DNA of 64,000 nucleotides from Phoronis australis (Eukaryota > Animalia > Phoronida), in contig NMRA01000026.1 in the NCBI GenBank assembly GCA_002633005.1, positions 552,434-616,433 on the forward strand, written 5' to 3'. Positions 33,242 to 45,798 of the stretch are shown one piece after another. Numbering within the stretch: the stretch's first letter is position 1; every line of letters begins with the position of its first letter. Made by a program: the position numbers and the translations under genes. The notes under the pieces were generated by a model. It did no database searches. It was not told where the DNA came from and worked only from the letters and a program-made list of their open reading frames with translations.

Positions 33242-36200
33242 TCTACGTTGGTTGCAGAAATGTGGAGTTTTAAAAGTAATCCAGTTTACTTTTTTCTTAT
33301 TCTGTTCCTTGTGTTGTTCCGTGACAGAAAATATTGCTCAAGTCATCCTAATCGTATGCCCTTGGTATTAAATCGGGTGCGGACAATTTACGCCATTATC
33401 CAGTTTTCTTGACACAAAAGTTTGCATAATTTCCAGGGCTCCTTGGTTTTCTTGTGAGAGTTACGAAGAGTTTGTTGCTATTCTTGCTTCATAAATCTCA
33501 GTGTATGAGTTTCTGTTCATCCTTGGTCCTGGTAGTTTTTGCATGCAGAACTCCTGTGCTAGCTGACTGCATACAAGTCACAATCCTGGTCATGGCTGCA
33601 ATATCAACAGAGATAGCAGAGTTACACAGTTGGTGTCTTTAATTGCAATTAACTTTTACTAGATTAGAGAAAACAACTCATTAGAATAATTTGGACATTA
33701 TGCAATCTATACCTAATTGGAAACAGTTCCTTTTCCAAGAAAGATTCTGTTCCAGTCTGCAAATGTCTAAGGTTTGCTTTATTCATGGTCCCAAACCCTC
33801 TAATCTGTTTGTGAAGTGTTATTATGTTAACAAGCCATTTGCCAACTGCGGTACACCACCAAAAATTCAATTTTGTTTTGTAATTGGAAATTATGTGTTG
33901 AAACAGCATCATTCGGGATAACTCTAAAGTTGATCAGTTTATGGTCAAATTCTTTTCATAAAGTTTTGGTTGAAAAGATGTTTGATTGTTGGCATGACAT
34001 CAGCAGCATTGTTCAACAAGCACAACCTGACTAGTGACAGGAAGACAGCATTGTTATTTCGGCCTATAAGACTAAAATAGTCTCATGAAAAGCCCACTAC
34101 ACTTTTTCGGGATGCTGTGCTGATCTAAAGGGTTTCAAGGGATTTGAATCTCCTCATGGGTCACAAGACAGAATGCCACCAGAAGGCACCTCCAGCACTG
34201 AATGGCAGCGGTTGGGAGAGCGAACCATCTGTGGATGTAGCCAGATCCGTCGTTGATAAGGTGTTAATGGTCGGTTATAGCATGCCCGAATTTTGAGAGC
34301 CAGTTTTCTCCACTGAATAACGGGCATTAAATTGTTTATCAACACAGGGCATGTTATATCCGACTATTGCCGATAAGGTTGCCTAGGCGTACACACAGTA
34401 ATTCTTCACTTGTTTAGTACACAATATGGCCGACAAGTGAATATCTATTTTGTCAAATTTCTACGCAAAAATGAAGGTTAAAAACATTTTAGTCTATTAC
34501 TGGCATGGTTTAGATTGTGTAGATATCATAAAATAACATTTGGTAAAATATCCACAATTTGTAGTTTAGTAATCAGCCTTGGAAAAATAAAATGAAAATT
34601 ATTTTCTTGTGAAATTCCGTAAAATCTCACCAATTCAGCGCACATTATGGCGGACCAGTGAAATTTTATTTACTCATTTTTTCATAAAAGATTTGTAGTA
34701 TCAAATTGATGCTTTATCATTTTCAAGTTCTGTAACGATATCAACCATCATAAAGTATTTTTATAAAATTGCGGGTATTCCCAACAAGATTAGAAGACCT
34801 TGAAAAATTAAAAAGGGTAAATTTGGCGATTATTTTTGTCTGAAAATTGGAGAATTCCCGTATATAATGGTCTTTATTCTCATCTTGTCAGTACAAAAGC
34901 ATTGACTTGTGTTTTTTATTTTGAAACTGTATTGAGCTTTGCATTCTCAAGTTCTGAAATCTTGTCTGTAGAAAAGTATTGACTTGCATTTTTTATTTTT
35001 TAATGTTCCGGCTTTGAATTTGTTTTGAGCTCTACATTCTCAAAATGAAAAAGCAACGCTTCTGATGAGAACATTAGAAGTGTTAATGTGCCTGATTTCA
35101 GGGTTTATTTTTTGTTGCGACCACTATGAAAACATTCGATACTTGTCAACGCGTTATTCTACCTAAGCAGTGGTCAATCCATGTTTAAGAGGTTTGTCAC
35201 AGTTTTAATTTGTTGTTGAGTTTTTTAATTTCAAAAATTTTATTTTAGTCTTAATTTGTCTTCTACAAATTTGCAAAAAATGGGATTAGCTATGACCTTA
35301 GTCACCTCGAGCGAAAATGTAAATTTACCGTACATGGGTTACTGAAAAGTCACTTGGTTAAATTAATGATTGAAATCCAGTTGGATACCGCTTTATTTTG
35401 TTACACAACATCAATTTTATATTTAAAATCTGTAATTATGTTTCCTGGTCTACTGATTTTCTTAAATTTGTACGAGTTTGTCTTTTTCTGGATTTTGAGT
35501 ACCCGAAATTTCAGCATTTTGCCTTCTAGACAGAATTGCATCTTCAATTTTTTTCTTTGTTGTTTTATTTTAATGCCTCTTGTGTTTTCCATGAAAAATT
35601 GGTTGATTACCACCGGCATTTTTGACCTACTTTTACTCTAGTGTCACATAATGGTCAATAATGCACAATTTCAAGATTGTGATTTTCTCTCATTTGTTGA
35701 GATTATGTTATATTGCTTTCGTTTTTAAGACAAAAAGTTTTTTTAACAAATTCAGATTTGCTGTTTTAGCGAAGTCTAATGTCTTCACGTTTGCTTATTC
35801 TTATGTACCACGTCAATGTGAAATTTGATGTCGCACGCTATTATTTAATGCCATGATAATAAGAACACTGAAGTGGTTTCAAATCTCTTTGAAACATAGA
35901 CTTTTAAGCACTAATACTTTTATGTAAAATTGGAGTCACGTATTCTCAAATGTGGAACTTTTGTGGACAAGAGCCAGAGGATATCATCCGTCTGTGATGT
36001 CTGTACCCACTTGTATTGAGCAGAGCTTCCGTGACCATGAAAAAGTCAACTTTTCGTAGGGTTTTGCTTTTGAAATACATGCTTTTGCAGAGATCGATTG
36101 TGTCAACTTAACTTTCTGTGGACTTCCTTGGTTAGCGTTCTTTAGCCTATTAAAATGTAAACATCTCGAGAAGATATCCCTTGAGTACATCTTTGTAACA

Positions 36201-36905
36201 CAACTTAACATATAGATAAGATCAAAGAAGCATAGATGGTGTTGGTCTGTACACTTACTCATTTTGAAACCTGCGCTCAGGGTCCACAAGCAATGCCTGC
36301 CATATCAATTTCAGCTAAGGTTTCATGTTTTTTTGTCCCAAAGGCACGTAATCAAGTGTTAGCAAAGTTTGAAATGCCGTAATGAATAAAAAATCCTGCA
36401 TCAGAATATTAAGTATGCATTTTATCCCTCTGTGTGGAAGACCCCCTGGGATATATGCATACTAGTATAGTGGATAGAAAATATTCAGTTCATTGCGCCC
36501 TGAAGCGCTTTTATTTGTTGTAAAAACTCTTGCACACAGAAACCGTCACCCCCCAAACCATTCAATTTGCATTACCAAACATGTAACTTGAGAAAAGGAA
36601 AAATGCCTAGCTGTAGAATGTGTGCACAAGGGCACCGTGTCATGTATAGTGTGTTGTGCTTAATATTTAAATGGACAATTTTGGCAAGAAAAGTAAGTAA
36701 TTTTACAAAAATTAGCAGTAGTGCAGTATTGAACCCGCGAACTCCACGTACCATCAGATGCTCTTAATGTTGTGCCAACTCCCACGCAAGCAGGGTATGT
36801 TAAGCCTATTTAAATAGTAAACACTGTCCTTGATTTCAGGGAATGTATGGACCACAACTGCTCAAGTTGTCGATTCGTAATAAAATCGCAAAAAACACCA
36901 TGGAT

Positions 36906-37052
36906 TTTGTTGTTTCATAGCTCTTTTCAAAGCTTATAACTCCAGATTTTACCACCCAACAATAACCCCAAAATGTATTTGTTGTTTCATAGCTCTTTTC
37001 AAAGCTAATAACTCCAGGTTTTACCACCCAACAATAACCCCAAAATGTATTT
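36906..37052 (+). repeat. Tandem duplication of a 72-bp unit
   Basis: TTTGTTGTTTCATAGCTCTTTTCAAAGCT(T/A)ATAACTCCAG(A/G)TTTTACCACCCAACAATAACCCCAAAATGTA x2. Confidence 0.95.
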
Positions 37053-40000
37053 TTCGGCCATAAAACTAAATGTCCATTGAAAGCTAAATCCTAAAGTTGG
37101 GGCATTTTTTAAAGTATTATTGAAGTTATGATAAAATAAATAAACACAACCTGTTATTGCATACGCAGGAACTTTTCCACTCCTGAATAACAAAGATTGT
37201 TCCTGTTGAATGATATATCATGAGGTAAATAGAATTTGGATACAAATTAAAGAGTGCATATTGTTGACGAACAACTCCTTTTCTTTCTCAGATGGCGTCA
37301 TATACCGTGGTGTTTTTATGGTGACATGGGTTGATGTAGGAAATTGGCACTTTTTACATGACACAATTCATACTTACACCCTTTGTAGCAGACAAGGCAA
37401 ACCCGACATTCTTAAATATTATTCACATATTCAGGCTTTCAGTCTCATGAATAGGCTGAGCTGGCTAAGATTTAAGAGTAAATATCAGTTTTGTTTTTCT
37501 CTTTCCTGGGTGAAGAAAATGAAATATTCATTGTAGCCTGACAAACGATGTTTCAGTTCCGTCCCTCAATGCTGTTCATTACGACCTTTATTTTAATTTT
37601 CTTTTAGTTGTCGGAATTCGGACAACAATGAGAAGGCAAATTTTGGAGGGCTGCCAAATTTGGACACCACTAAAATCTGGACCCACGAGATGAGATTCCT
37701 CCTCAACTGAATTTGTTCTGACGGAAGTAATTTTGAATGTCCAAATATGACTAGTGGTTACCATACCTGACTTTTGTGTCGTTCTTTATAGTTTTACACA
37801 AACAATTTCCACACGTGATCGAGATGAAACCTTGTATAGCAATATTGCACTATCAGACTGCTTCTAATAAACAAGTCTCTGGACATTCTGTTTATATCCA
37901 TCTGTGGACAAAATTTTTCAGAATGCTAGTTGTCTGCACTATTTGTTACATCATACTCACCTGACAGGCGTCTGTGGTGAAACATGACTATTCCTTGGTG
38001 TGTTATCATAGTTAATGGAGTTTGTAGTGTGAAGTTCTTTCAGTTAGGTAAGTTGCCACCTCGCTTAATTTAATGCATGAATCAGGTTAACAAAGAAGTA
38101 AAGCAAAAAGCTAACAGTGTCTCAGTCAATTTGTTGATTTAGAATACACATATGCTATTAACAGTAGAATCTTATGTTTGGTTTTGCTGGTGAGGTGCCA
38201 TTATATACCTGGTGGATTGCGGACAATGGAAGCCTTTTGATGCCCACTGGGACCAGTGGCCAGTCTATTGTTATTGTAACTGACCACTGGAAAGAATTCT
38301 CTTTGAAGCTGTGCTTAGATGTGGAGAGTTAGCCTTGTGAAAGTTGTGGTAAAATCTCGCGGATTTAAGATAAAATATGCTGGAAATTTTGTTTTCTCCG
38401 TTTTTCAGATAAGTAGCACCAAATAAGTGCTTCATTTCCTAGTTTTACATGATATCTCTCGTCAGATACAATATTTGTATAAACTGTTTGGGCGTCCACG
38501 ACAATATTAGAAGCTTGTAAAAATGGCAAAAATTACAATGGGCAATTGTTTTTGTCTGAAATTGTCGTGTTGTAACTTCACCGTTCCGAGTGCAATCTCA
38601 CACCTAATCAACTGATGCAAATAGCCAATGTCACGGTGGACATGTGTGCGTGTCTTATACGTCTAAAAAAAAAAAACACTACGTTGTCATGATTGCTCTT
38701 ACGAATCTGAGTCGTTGATTTTTTCTCTCTCTATAGGGTCATTACCAACTGTTGACTATTCACAGACTATCTATCTTAACACAGTGATACAAGGAAAGTG
38801 GGAAAGTGCGATGCTCAATGTGTCAGACTCAGATACTGCAAAGACAGCTGGTTTTAATCCACTTCTAAAAGATTTCACATCTCATTATATTTGCACATAA
38901 GGAAGACTTAAAGTCATCACACACCACTATACCTTGAAAGCTGCAATGTTGGTCAAGGTGTCCAAAACGATGAGAGGCTTATGAAGATAATCGTATTTCA
39001 CCAGCGTCTTCTCACTGAATGGTTACTGAGCAAAATCTCTGGCTCAGTCCTCTCTGCTAGTCTCTGTGTTTACTCACATAACATGACTGGCTTTGACTGA
39101 AAAAATGCAAATGCTGTCTGTCAACATGGTTCACAATGGCATATCCACAACTATGAATGAGTTTTTTGTGGAAGGCAAATGGAGTTGGTTATCATATTTC
39201 TTAAGGGAGGAATTGATACCAACTTTTAGATTTCTCACTGTTTTAGAATTTTTGTATCGTCTTAGCCTTTGATTTTTAATATACTTATTGTAAAAAATAA
39301 AATTGATTTGAAAAAATACAAAGCTGTCATTTTGGTCCGAAAACGTTTATGCTATTCATCACACCTTACGCTTGAATGGTATTTGACGTTAAAACGTAGT
39401 ATCGCACAACAGCTTAAACCAAGAATTCTCCATTTTCAACACACAAAGTGCCATCCTCTTGTTGAACAATAGATCATGTAGCCACAGGGGGTTTGTCTCC
39501 AGGATAGTGCGCTGGATGTTTAACGTTATGTAGGACCTTATTGATAAGTCTGGGCATTTAGTCAATTATCTATAAAACTATAGATTTTAAGTTGGCGAAA
39601 GTGTACATTTTCTGAAAGTACTAAGCTTTTAGGCTTCAATGTTTGACTTAACATTACCGTAGTCTGTCAGTAAGTGGATCACGTGACCATGTCTTTTTAG
39701 AGTTTTTTTAAAGGCATAACTACAGCAAATCCCTAGTGGCAAAAACGGGACTTAATTTTGTATTTTGTTCAAAGCAAGTGTTGATGGTGAAATATCAGAA
39801 ACACTGTTACAGTTTTTATTTGACGCAACTTTGATTTTTTTCAAGTCCTATTTTTGATCAAAACCCTAAATCGTCGTGAGAGACCGTCTGGAGTTGGTAT
39901 ATGGTGCAACACTGGACGGTCTGGGCTGTTTAGTGGTCAGGACAATTGCACCTTATGTAGTGCTCTTGTATGTGGAACATCAAAAAGTATTGTATGCGAA

Positions 40001-40264
40001 CATTTCACGTGATTTCGATCTGCCATTGCTAATATACCCCTTTCCGAAATTATTTAGATTTGAACATTTTTTAGGGTGCTGGATAACCTTATAAGCAAAA
40101 ATCTTAAATTAGACACGAGATAAATCACTTATTTTACGCTCTGCTGCGTTTTTGCTGTATTCAGTGAAAATGTGAAAGTTGACGAAGCGTTTCAACTGCA
40201 AAACTTCATACTTGTTAGTTTATACGTTCGCGGTGGTGGCAATACATTCAAGTTGATTTCTCAC

Positions 40265-41158
40265 TCATGCATTGATTAATTTTGATGAAATCACACACCT
40301 GTGCTAAGATTTTGAACTTTTTCTCAAGTTTTGAATCATGTCTTAACTTAATGTAAATTTTATGCATTTTTTAAGAGGATCATGGAAAAATGGTGTGCCT
40401 TTTCTACCTCTTGTAAGTTAAAAACCAGATGTCAATTTTAGGAAAATTTTGCTTTGATCAGAATACTTTTGTAGGCTTCAAAGAATCTGACTGTCACCCA
40501 CTACTTTGGATATACAGATCAATGTATTACACAGTCATGCATTGATTAATTTTGATGAAATCCCACACCTGTGCTAAGGTTTTTATTGAAGTTTTGTGGT
40601 AGCTTCCTTTTTGATGTGAAATTATCATTGAATATTGGGTATTTGCCAGGTCTCAAAAACGAAAGTTCTAAAACAGAAAGTCATAATGACTATGCTTTTA
40701 CTTGTTTTTCGGACTTATATCCATTAGGTCACGTGATGTGACCAAAAAGGTGGGGGATTGAACGGGATAAATTGCTTGCAACATATTCCACTCTTCGCTG
40801 AGTAAGGTATATTAAAACACAATTTCAATAAGGTCATGGAGGATTTTTTTAAAAAATAGTGACGCTGTTCTGGGAAAGAGCATGAAGAGAAAATGGGGTT
40901 TTGGAAAATCAAAAAATATTTTTATAAAAACTAGTTTATTGAATACAATTTTTTGGCTTTTTCTCAAGTTTTGAATCATGTCTAACATGATGTAAATGTT
41001 ATGCATTTTTAAAGAGGATCATGGAAAAATGGTGAGCATTTTCTATTCTAGGAAGAGTTAGCTTTGATCAGAATGCTTTTGTGGACTTCAAAGAATCTGA
41101 CTTTCACCCACGTCTATGTAATCATTCCAGTGGATATACAGATCAATGTATTGCACAA
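40265..41158 (+). repeat. ~270-bp tandem unit, second copy interrupted by ~380 bp
   Basis: CATGCATTGATTAATTTTGATGAAATC..ACACCTGTGCTAAG occurs at about 40267 and 40536. TTTTTCTCAAGTTTTGAATCATGTCT...GGATATACAGATCAATGTATT occurs at about 40318-40528 and 40958-41152. Confidence 0.85.
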
Positions 41159-44100
41159 CTCGGCAATTTTTCTCACTAGAAACTTTTTACATGTTTTGCT
41201 TATGTAGGTTTTGTCATTTCATTGACACCCTGTATCAGGGTTGCCATATTTTCTTATTCATGAGAATGACAGTGGAGCTGTTGAAACGGGTTTGTAGCTG
41301 TATTACATTATTTTCTTTAGTCATTTATTACTGAGAAGATATACTTCTTATTAATTTGTGGTAATTCTATTAATTACCACTTGGTGGCAGTAGTAGTACT
41401 GGTCATGGACCTGGGTTACGAAATGTATTCAGTGCTCGATTTGGTTACCTGCAGCGCTCCAACACAACTTCAGATTGCGCTTGGCGACCTGGGAAAAAAC
41501 TCAAGTTGCCACGAAGTAGCCACAGTCAGTACGATAAGCTAAGTCAGACAAAAAGTTACCTGAAGTTCCCTTCAAAATGTGTGGTGATAGTTTTTCCTCA
41601 ATTCAATACCTTCGGTTCACAATTGTTCCGTTTATTTTGTGAAATTAGTGCATTTGCTATCCACACCAGTCAGCACTTTTCAAGCACGCAATCAAATTAC
41701 AAAAAGTAAACAGTAGGAAGTTGGAGTTGTTCCGCTAAAACCGGGCCAAGTCGAACTAAGGAACACATGCATCCAATGTTTCTGATCGTCTGCGTTCGGT
41801 ATACTGCAATACCCTGAGAATGGTATAATAGATAATAACAGGAGAAATGGAAGAGGTGTGTGTTATTTTAAATAACAGCATCAGCGACACAACTTCTTTT
41901 TAAAAAATTCTTTTGGTCGACGATTTCCGACCTCAGTTTTGGCAACCTCGGTTATCACTTGGCAACCTGGGATTTTGCGAGTTGGCATACAGCTTAGCAT
42001 CGGACTTAATTAGTTTAATTTATTATTTTAATTAAGACAGTAAGATGAAGTATAAAACACCTTTTTCACAAAAGCAATTAAATTAAGTATTAAGTCAAGG
42101 TTATCAATTTCTTTTGTCATCTTGCATATTGTTAAGCACAAATTAAGTCACAAAGATGAAGTACAAGGCTTGATGTACTTGCCGAAGTTCGAAAAGTGGA
42201 ACGGATGATTAGAAGTGTTAGCTAATTTTCGCAATTTTGAAACAATTTAGAACAATAGCCATTTCTCAAAGAGCACAGCACCCTGTCTGATTTTGCAATA
42301 TTTACCCACAATGCTGTGCTTACATAGGGAACTTAACCTGCAGTTGTACACTGTTGGCATGCTCATCATTGTCATTTGCCATTTGTCATTCTGAATTAAG
42401 TTTTACTGATGTAATAAAGAGTTCTAATACAAACATAAAAAATTGGAAAGCTGAGTGAGACATGATGAGTTGTTTGTCAATTGACCTATCGCAAGCTCTG
42501 CCCCTTGCGAAATGTTGACAAAGAAACAAGTTTTAACCGGCAACGTGTTGTTTGTCGGATAAAATGTCGGCTTGGAAACGAAGGGTGTCAAGAATGCTGC
42601 GTTATGATTGGTCATTCAAGTCGTCACTTAAAATCCTGTCGTTCAGTTGTTTCCCAGCTCAAAGGTGTGTTTCTTTCACAAATTATATCAGTCATTTAGT
42701 GCCCTTTTCTGCGGTCTATAAACACGCGAGTTGTTTCCAGGCTGAGGGTATTGGTCATTGTTGTCTGAAACAAAGTTTTTGGTTTATAAACAAGAACAAC
42801 TTGAAGCATTGATGTGCAACCGCAGTGTGCAATGCATTCAGGGCAGATACAAGAGATAATAATACGGTAATTGTAAACTTTTCTACTAAACAGAGCAAAG
42901 CATGTCAGAAGGAACTCGGCCTGCCACCTATCATCATGATTTTAAAAGATATTTAGTGGTCTGGATTGAGAAGCAGCCAACAGACACAAAAACAATTATA
43001 TAAAGGCAACTAGGGGCCCTGAAACTTTGGTCAAACCCATCTGTAACAGAGTTGGACCAGGTACTGTTGTGAAGATGATAGTAAATTATTTGCCAAATTT
43101 TATGAACAAGCATCAAGGATCTTGGAAGATATCAAAACAAACGAAAAGAAAAAAATTGACTCTAGGCGACTGGAGCAGTCGTATCCGTTCCAAAATTCTC
43201 ATCAGTTGTGCTTTCCTCAATAGAAACATCCCAAATTTCATGAAGATTCATCAAGGAGCTTGCCACAAGAGGGCATACTAGTATACGAACCAGTCAGCCG
43301 TCCCTATCCACTTCTCGGTAGGAATGCGTTTGCCAATTTTAATAATGATCCTCGGAGTTATGTGGCCGATAGAGATTCGGGCGCCAATAACCAGATCAAT
43401 GAATAATATGGCCACGAGATAAAATACAATTCGTGGAATGTGTCTGAAAATGGAATGAAAAGTAAGAAATGATGTAATTGCAATGCATTATGTAAATATT
43501 GCATTTTTGAAAAAATCAACAAAGGTAGAATAGATGGTAAAGCTTCTTTAAATTAGAACACAATATGGTAGAATAGTAGAATTTTATTTCTTCAAAATTT
43601 TCGACAACAGTAAACAGTTTTACTGGATTATTTGAAAGCTTAATATAGTACAGCTGTCATCAACAAACACAATGAAACTTTGAACATTTTTAGCATTACT
43701 GTGAGTGCCTGAAAACGAAAATGGAAAAATGATCATAGTTTTAGCCATTAGTTTTGTTCGAATTTGAGGAAACATTACCGTACCCTAATTTGGCACTCTG
43801 CAAGTCTGTAACCTGTTAAAGGGAAATTTATTATGGAGGTTTTTGTGTGCTACGTCCAATGAGCTCTTGATAATTCAGAACTTTTGGTTGAAGGCAAGGC
43901 TTAATGAAAGACTGATTATATAGGAATTACCTCTCTGATCTTTTAAACGAACCAGGTGCTGGTAATTAAACGTAATTAACGGAAATCACCAATTTCTCGC
44001 CAATTTCTCATAGGAATAACCTTGACCTTGCCAATACTCATGTTAATCACAGATCTGTTGCCTTTTCTAGACAGACTGGCTTGGGAATTGTAATCTAAGT

Positions 44101-44726
44101 GTGGGAGCTACACAAGGGTCCATCTTGGATGTCAACTTATTCTTCTGTTCTTGTTTTATGTAACATTTGATTGAGCTTTTTCATAGATGTCCCTTCCCTT
44201 AAGTACCAGTTTTGGATAGGCCCTTATGCACAGCTGGAAGACTTTAATAATAATTTCTATTCACAGCGTTTTGGAGTACAGCGTGTTAAGTACAGGATAT
44301 GTAAGATTGTTTGAATCCAATTATCCAGTTCTGAGATATGTTGTTCTTCCGAAGTTAGCCAAGTTTAGCCATGGTCTTGCATAACAGGAGGACTGATAAC
44401 ACGGAACGAAAATAGTGTTTTTGTACAAAATAAGTTATATCAGTAAATGTGCAATAAAAGCGCCAATTTGTCACAAAAGCAAGTAAGCCTACTCGCTGTT
44501 ATAAAGCTGGTCTGGGGCTTTCCAGTTATATGCAGGCTAAAAGTGAGAGCTGGGCTCAAAAAACTGACAGATTTTGTTATTACTTCTGGGGGCGGCCAGT
44601 AAGATTGCTTCGCATCATGTTCGTTTCAAGATTTGAGCATGGTCTCGAGCAATAGTCAACTGTCAATTCTTCAAACAGTTTCATCAGGATAGTGAATAAC
44701 AGTTGTAACAGGGAAGTTCATTTTTA

Positions 44727-44885
44727 GGGAGGACTGTGTGCCTTGGTGGTTTGAGCTTCACACTCTCATTTGGGAATCCCAGATTCGAATCCTGGCCTTG
44801 CTGGCAGTCAATCGAGCACTGCACAAAGGCGTCTCCTACTCCTCTGAGTTCGGTCTTACTTGTGAATGTATACAAGGAATGAATG
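44727..44885 (+). mobile_element. Decayed tRNA-headed SINE
   Basis: GGAGGACTGTGTGCCTTGGTGG (A-box-like) ... AGATTCGAATCCTGG (B-box-like). Confidence 0.5.
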
Positions 44886-44899
44886 AGGACCTGGATATA

Positions 44900-45143
44900 T
44901 ATTTTTTTTTAACTGCAGGCGGTCTGATACACGTTGTACCAGACGTGCGCGGGCCTCGCATGTGGGCCCATTGCCCTGATCACCTGGAAATATTTTTATG
45001 CTTTATTAATATATGGTTAAAACCGAGCTGAGGAGCTAGAAACCTGGCTCAAGGGTTTAGCAGTTACCTGGTGGGACTTGAACCCACGACCTCTAGTAAA
45101 GAAAGCGGGCACTTATCAACCAGCCCACACTGCCTCCTCTTGA
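44900..45143 (-). mobile_element. Full-length tRNA-derived SINE with A tail and TSD
   Basis: Minus strand GGAGGCAGTGTGGGCTGGTTGATAAG...GGTTCAAGTCCC head and A9 tail. The 11-bp direct repeat ACCTGGATATA lies at 44889-44899 and 45144-45154. Confidence 0.8.
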
Positions 45144-45189
45144 ACCTGGATATAGTGCGAAAGCGAATTCTGGGGCTGGGCTTATCTTT

Positions 45190-45798
45190 ATTTTTCCATC
45201 CAAAAAGTGGTGAATACGTGCAGAAATTTTCAACTTCTGCCCTACCTGATGTTTTCCTTAGTGCATACTAGGTGGCGCTGTACACAGGATGTTGTTATAT
45301 GTTGCGCGAAGTTTATATCGGCCCTCGTCACGGTTTATGGGTGACATCTCTTTCCTGATATGGATAACTCTCTTATGTTTCTTTTTAGATCACTGGCCTC
45401 CCTGCCTATGTTGGTTACACCCGACCAGTCAATGATGTGGTTTTCTCTAGCTGCATGGTTTGTGATTGCAGATTTATTAAATTTGCGTAAAGAGGCCTTT
45501 TTAGTGGCTCTGGTGAAAGTTTTACTAAAAGTCTCCGCCTCAACCTCTTTCTTATGTTCTGTGAGGCGATATTTAAAATTCCTAGATATCTCGCCAATAT
45601 ATGTTTCATCACAGGAGGCACAAGGTATTTTGTAGACACCACCACTGTCCCGTTTATCCATCAAATGTACCACACACGACCTTGTGTTGGTACCAACATC
45701 CTATGTACAGCGCCACCTAGTATGCACTGAGGAAGACCTCAGGAAGGGCAGATGTCGGAAATTTCTGCAGGTATTTTCCACTTTTTGGATGGAAAAAT
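45190..45798 (-). mobile_element. 5'-truncated Penelope-like element: GIY-YIG endonuclease remnant between inverted pLTR copies
   Basis: ORF 45335-45673(-) GGVYKIPCASCDETYIGEISRNFKYRLTEHKK...SAITNHAARENHIIDW shows the PLE GIY-YIG pattern. 45190-45294 and 45694-45798 are inverted copies. Confidence 0.92.
45723..45769 (+). ncRNA. Minimal type-I hammerhead ribozyme motif in Penelope pLTR (mirror copy at 45219-45265, minus strand)
   Basis: TGCA-CTGAGGA-AGACCTC..GATGTC-GGAAATTTC-TGCA. The mirror copy reads TGCA-CTAAGGA-AAACATC..GAAGTT-GAAAATTTC-TGCA. Each copy has one core deviation. Confidence 0.65.

Noticed and set aside
33024-33371. + strand ORFs overlapping the GPCR
   Set aside because: Antisense shadows of the GPCR CDS.
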